From: a virus
Taxonomy: Duplodnaviria; Caudoviricetes
Direction: 5' to 3' (one strand)
IMG/VR virus record: IMGVR_UViG_3300046693_000004
Coordinates: 1 to 59,395 of that record
Length of the DNA: 59,395 nt
Part shown: in pieces, positions 57,361 to 59,395 of the stretch
Layout of the letters: every line of letters begins with the position of its first letter
Position numbering within the stretch: the stretch's first letter is position 1
Translations under genes and position numbers: made by a program
Notes under the pieces: generated by a model
The model's database searches: none
What the model was told of the DNA's origin: nothing
What the model saw: only the letters and a program-made list of their open reading frames with translations

Positions 57361-57362
57361 AA

Positions 57363-57944
57363 TTACTGTGTACGGTGCCAAATGCCAACAGTGGCGCTTG
57401 TCTTACTATAAATATATCCAAAACAAGAGGCGGCACCAGTAACAACAGGAACAAGCATTGCAGTTGGTGCTGTAGTGCTAAAAGTATTGCCAGTGCCAGC
57501 GCCGCTAGTAAGAGTAGTGACAATCTGAGTACCGCAGATGCCAATACGTTGACCATTAAGCATGGTGCTTGAAGCAGCAGGAAGATTAATGGTTAATGCT
57601 GCAATAGTACCAGCAGGAGTAACAATAAGTTGGCGCGTTTGAGCATCAACTGTAATAGTATCACCAGTAACAGGAGTAGTAACAATAAGCTTACCGCCAC
57701 CTAATGACTGAATATCAATTTTAGCACTCTGCACACCACTTGCGCCAATATTTGTATCAACTGGAAGAGTTTCGTTACCAGTTAATGCAGGACCGGCAGG
57801 AACAGTCAAAGTACAAACGTTATTGTTGGTACTGGCGCAATAAGACGGTCCATCAATCTGCGGAAAATTAGGCGCAAAAGTCTGAGCCATTGCGAGAGAA
57901 GGAAATGCAGCAACAGCAAGAACTAAAAGTAATTTCTTAAGCAT
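57363..57944 (-). CDS. secreted decoration-like protein
   Basis: MLKKLLLVLAVAAFPSLAMA|Q; PAGTIAALTINLP...W.R pattern; 4 Cys. Confidence 0.75.
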   Translation of the reverse strand: MLKKLLLVLAVAAFPSLAMAQTFAPNFPQIDGPSYCASTNNNVCTLTVPAGPALTGNETLPVDTNIGASGVQSAKIDIQSLGGGKLIVTTPVTGDTITVDAQTRQLIVTPAGTIAALTINLPAASSTMLNGQRIGICGTQIVTTLTSGAGTGNTFSTTAPTAMLVPVVTGAASCFGYIYSKTSATVGIWHRTQ

Positions 57945-57965
57945 GTAAATACGTCCTTTTGGGGT

Positions 57966-58544
57966 TTATCCGACTAGTTTAAGTTTAACAGGTGAATTTT
58001 CTAATATATCATCAACTTTAGATTCATGCTCAATGGTTTTAACCACTTCTTTCTTATCAGGTTCCACAAACTTAATTTCCATAAACCTAGGTTGATTGTT
58101 TATTGTTGTACTGATGGAGTCTTTAGCAATAAATCCTTGTATGTCTGCGTATAAGCGAAGTGCTGCAAGCCTATCTTTTGCTTCAGCAGCATATCGGTTT
58201 TCGCCATTAAAAATAATGCGCTCTTCTGAAAACTCCAGCAGCTTACGAGACAATGCAGCCTTGTCAAGCAATTCTTCCTTGACAGCAGTAATCGCTGAAT
58301 ATTCTTCTTTTGCTTTAATAACTACAGGGTCTTCAAGCCATTTGGTCGATGCCCACAATGCTTTATTAGTTTCTTTGCCAAATATTGAGCAAGCCGCCTC
58401 GAAACTATTCTTGAAATTTTGAGCTAATGCTATACCAAATGCTTGTTTTAATTCTTCATCATCTTTCCAAGATGGAATAACATTCGTAACTTGCGGGGGA
58501 GTTACGATAAAATTAGTGATAAATGTGTGCCAGTTAGGAACCAT
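57966..58544 (-). CDS. terminase small subunit (putative)
   Basis: AKDRLAALRLYADIQGFI helix followed by a beta tail (MEIKFV), typical of TerS; upstream of the terL region. Confidence 0.6.
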   Translation of the reverse strand: MVPNWHTFITNFIVTPPQVTNVIPSWKDDEELKQAFGIALAQNFKNSFEAACSIFGKETNKALWASTKWLEDPVVIKAKEEYSAITAVKEELLDKAALSRKLLEFSEERIIFNGENRYAAEAKDRLAALRLYADIQGFIAKDSISTTINNQPRFMEIKFVEPDKKEVVKTIEHESKVDDILENSPVKLKLVG

Positions 58545-58624
58545 ATACCCACACATAGCAAAGCCCGTTGGCACATTCAAGCACCAACGGGCCTCATTTC
58601 AGCTACCGGACTCCCATGCAGCAG

Positions 58625-59290
58625 CTAAAACACTCTCACAATCAAGGCACCATCATCATCAATCTGATCGTTGTCAACATCAGCCGTAACTGACTTAGCA
58701 ACATATTGACGAATTTGAATACGCCTAAGCAGTTGAGTAAAGTTTGCACCTTCAATCGGCTTATCATCTCCACCTAATTGAATAGTGTTATCTGAATTAC
58801 GCCTAAACTCCTTAACCGTGACTTGGTCTAAAATTTCCTCACCCCTATCATTGTGGGCAGGAACAGACCAATATTGGTTTAAACGTAAGACTTCGCTATT
58901 AACCTTAGCCATTAATTCATCAACAGTTTGATTTGGTTCAGTAACGATAAATAATCCGCTACCAATTTCAAGATCATCAATTTGTGGATAGGGAGATACA
59001 AAGTCATCCTTAAGTAATAAGTCGCTTATGTCGTGAATAACTTTAGGTTCAACATCCCATTTCTTTTTGCGTGCTTGCTGCGGCTTACTAGTGGAGTGAA
59101 CTGAAACAATATCTTCACTAGGACCACCTTCAACACGCTTGCCGCTATGCTTAAGCTTTTCCTGTGAGACTACAACAGGATGTGTTTCAGTAGTTTTATT
59201 AGACTGCGGCTGTTCAAATTTCTGATCCGGCTGATTGACGTTTACCGGCTTGTCATGATCCTTAGGATTATCAGCGGTGCGCTGTTCCAT
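58625..59290 (-). CDS. divergent YPF..VG.SF family protein
   Basis: SPYPQIDDLEIGSGLFIV ... DGALIVRV parallels the 1190-1837 protein. Confidence 0.55.
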   Translation of the reverse strand: MEQRTADNPKDHDKPVNVNQPDQKFEQPQSNKTTETHPVVVSQEKLKHSGKRVEGGPSEDIVSVHSTSKPQQARKKKWDVEPKVIHDISDLLLKDDFVSPYPQIDDLEIGSGLFIVTEPNQTVDELMAKVNSEVLRLNQYWSVPAHNDRGEEILDQVTVKEFRRNSDNTIQLGGDDKPIEGANFTQLLRRIQIRQYVAKSVTADVDNDQIDDDGALIVRVF

Positions 59291-59395
59291 AGCCCTAGTC
59301 CCTTTGTGTGGAAAGAATGGGCAGCTAACGCAGGAGCTTGAAAAGGGTTCCCCTGCCATCCGGGGGAAGATGGCAGGGGCGGGAGGGCACTTGGA

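Larger units (their letters stand above)
1..59395. mobile_element. Tailed dsDNA bacteriophage genome (P22-like podovirus structural module), probably complete and circularly permuted
   Basis: Packaging, head, neck, ejection, tailspike, lysis and replication genes are all present. No host housekeeping genes. Both ends carry minus-strand genes, consistent with a circular join. No terminal repeat or integrase seen. Confidence 0.95.

Noticed and set aside
59351-59378. GC-rich hairpin CCCTGCCATC/GATGGCAGGG at the window end as a terminal or telomere structure
   Set aside because: Similar intergenic hairpins occur at about 1130, 4050, 5200 and 5695; no protelomerase and no matching sequence at the other end
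1-59395. CRISPR array, integrase/att site, reverse transcriptase/DGR, IS element
   Set aside because: No regularly spaced repeats and no recombinase, RT or transposase motifs seen; the Cas4-like nuclease sits in a normal phage recombination module

Overview
The window looks like a complete or near-complete, circularly permuted genome (about 59 kb, AT-rich, roughly 40% GC by eye) of a tailed dsDNA phage with a P22-like podovirus virion module: TerS/TerL, portal, scaffold, P22-type coat, gp4/gp10-like neck, three ejection proteins and a tailspike/fibre. It has a self-sufficient replication module (NrS-1-like primase-polymerase, family-B DNA polymerase, clamp-like protein, SF2 helicase, Sak4-like ATPase, SSB-like protein, Cas4-like nuclease), two tRNAs, a dispersed lysis set and about 14 kb of small early/accessory genes. 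No integrase is visible. An alphaproteobacterial (Rhizobiales-like) host is inferred, not shown. The most unusual signal is a possible periplasmic virion-protein system. The tailspike and seven Gly/Thr/Ala-rich, beta-type, tail/decoration-like proteins encoded between terS and terL all begin with Sec-type signal peptides, and every one has an even number of cysteines in its mature part. A small Tat-signal protein is also a clear homologue of the C-terminus of the phage's own coat protein. Other highlights: a strongly over-represented octamer TGTGGGTA resembling the NrS-1 priming site, a frameshifted TerL, a high-GC swapped cassette, adjacent L7/L12-like and S15-like mini-genes, a probable tandem nucleotide-sponge pair, a short-arm tRNA-Leu and an array of duplicated micro-ORFs. 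All family calls are from motif recognition by eye; no searches were run.
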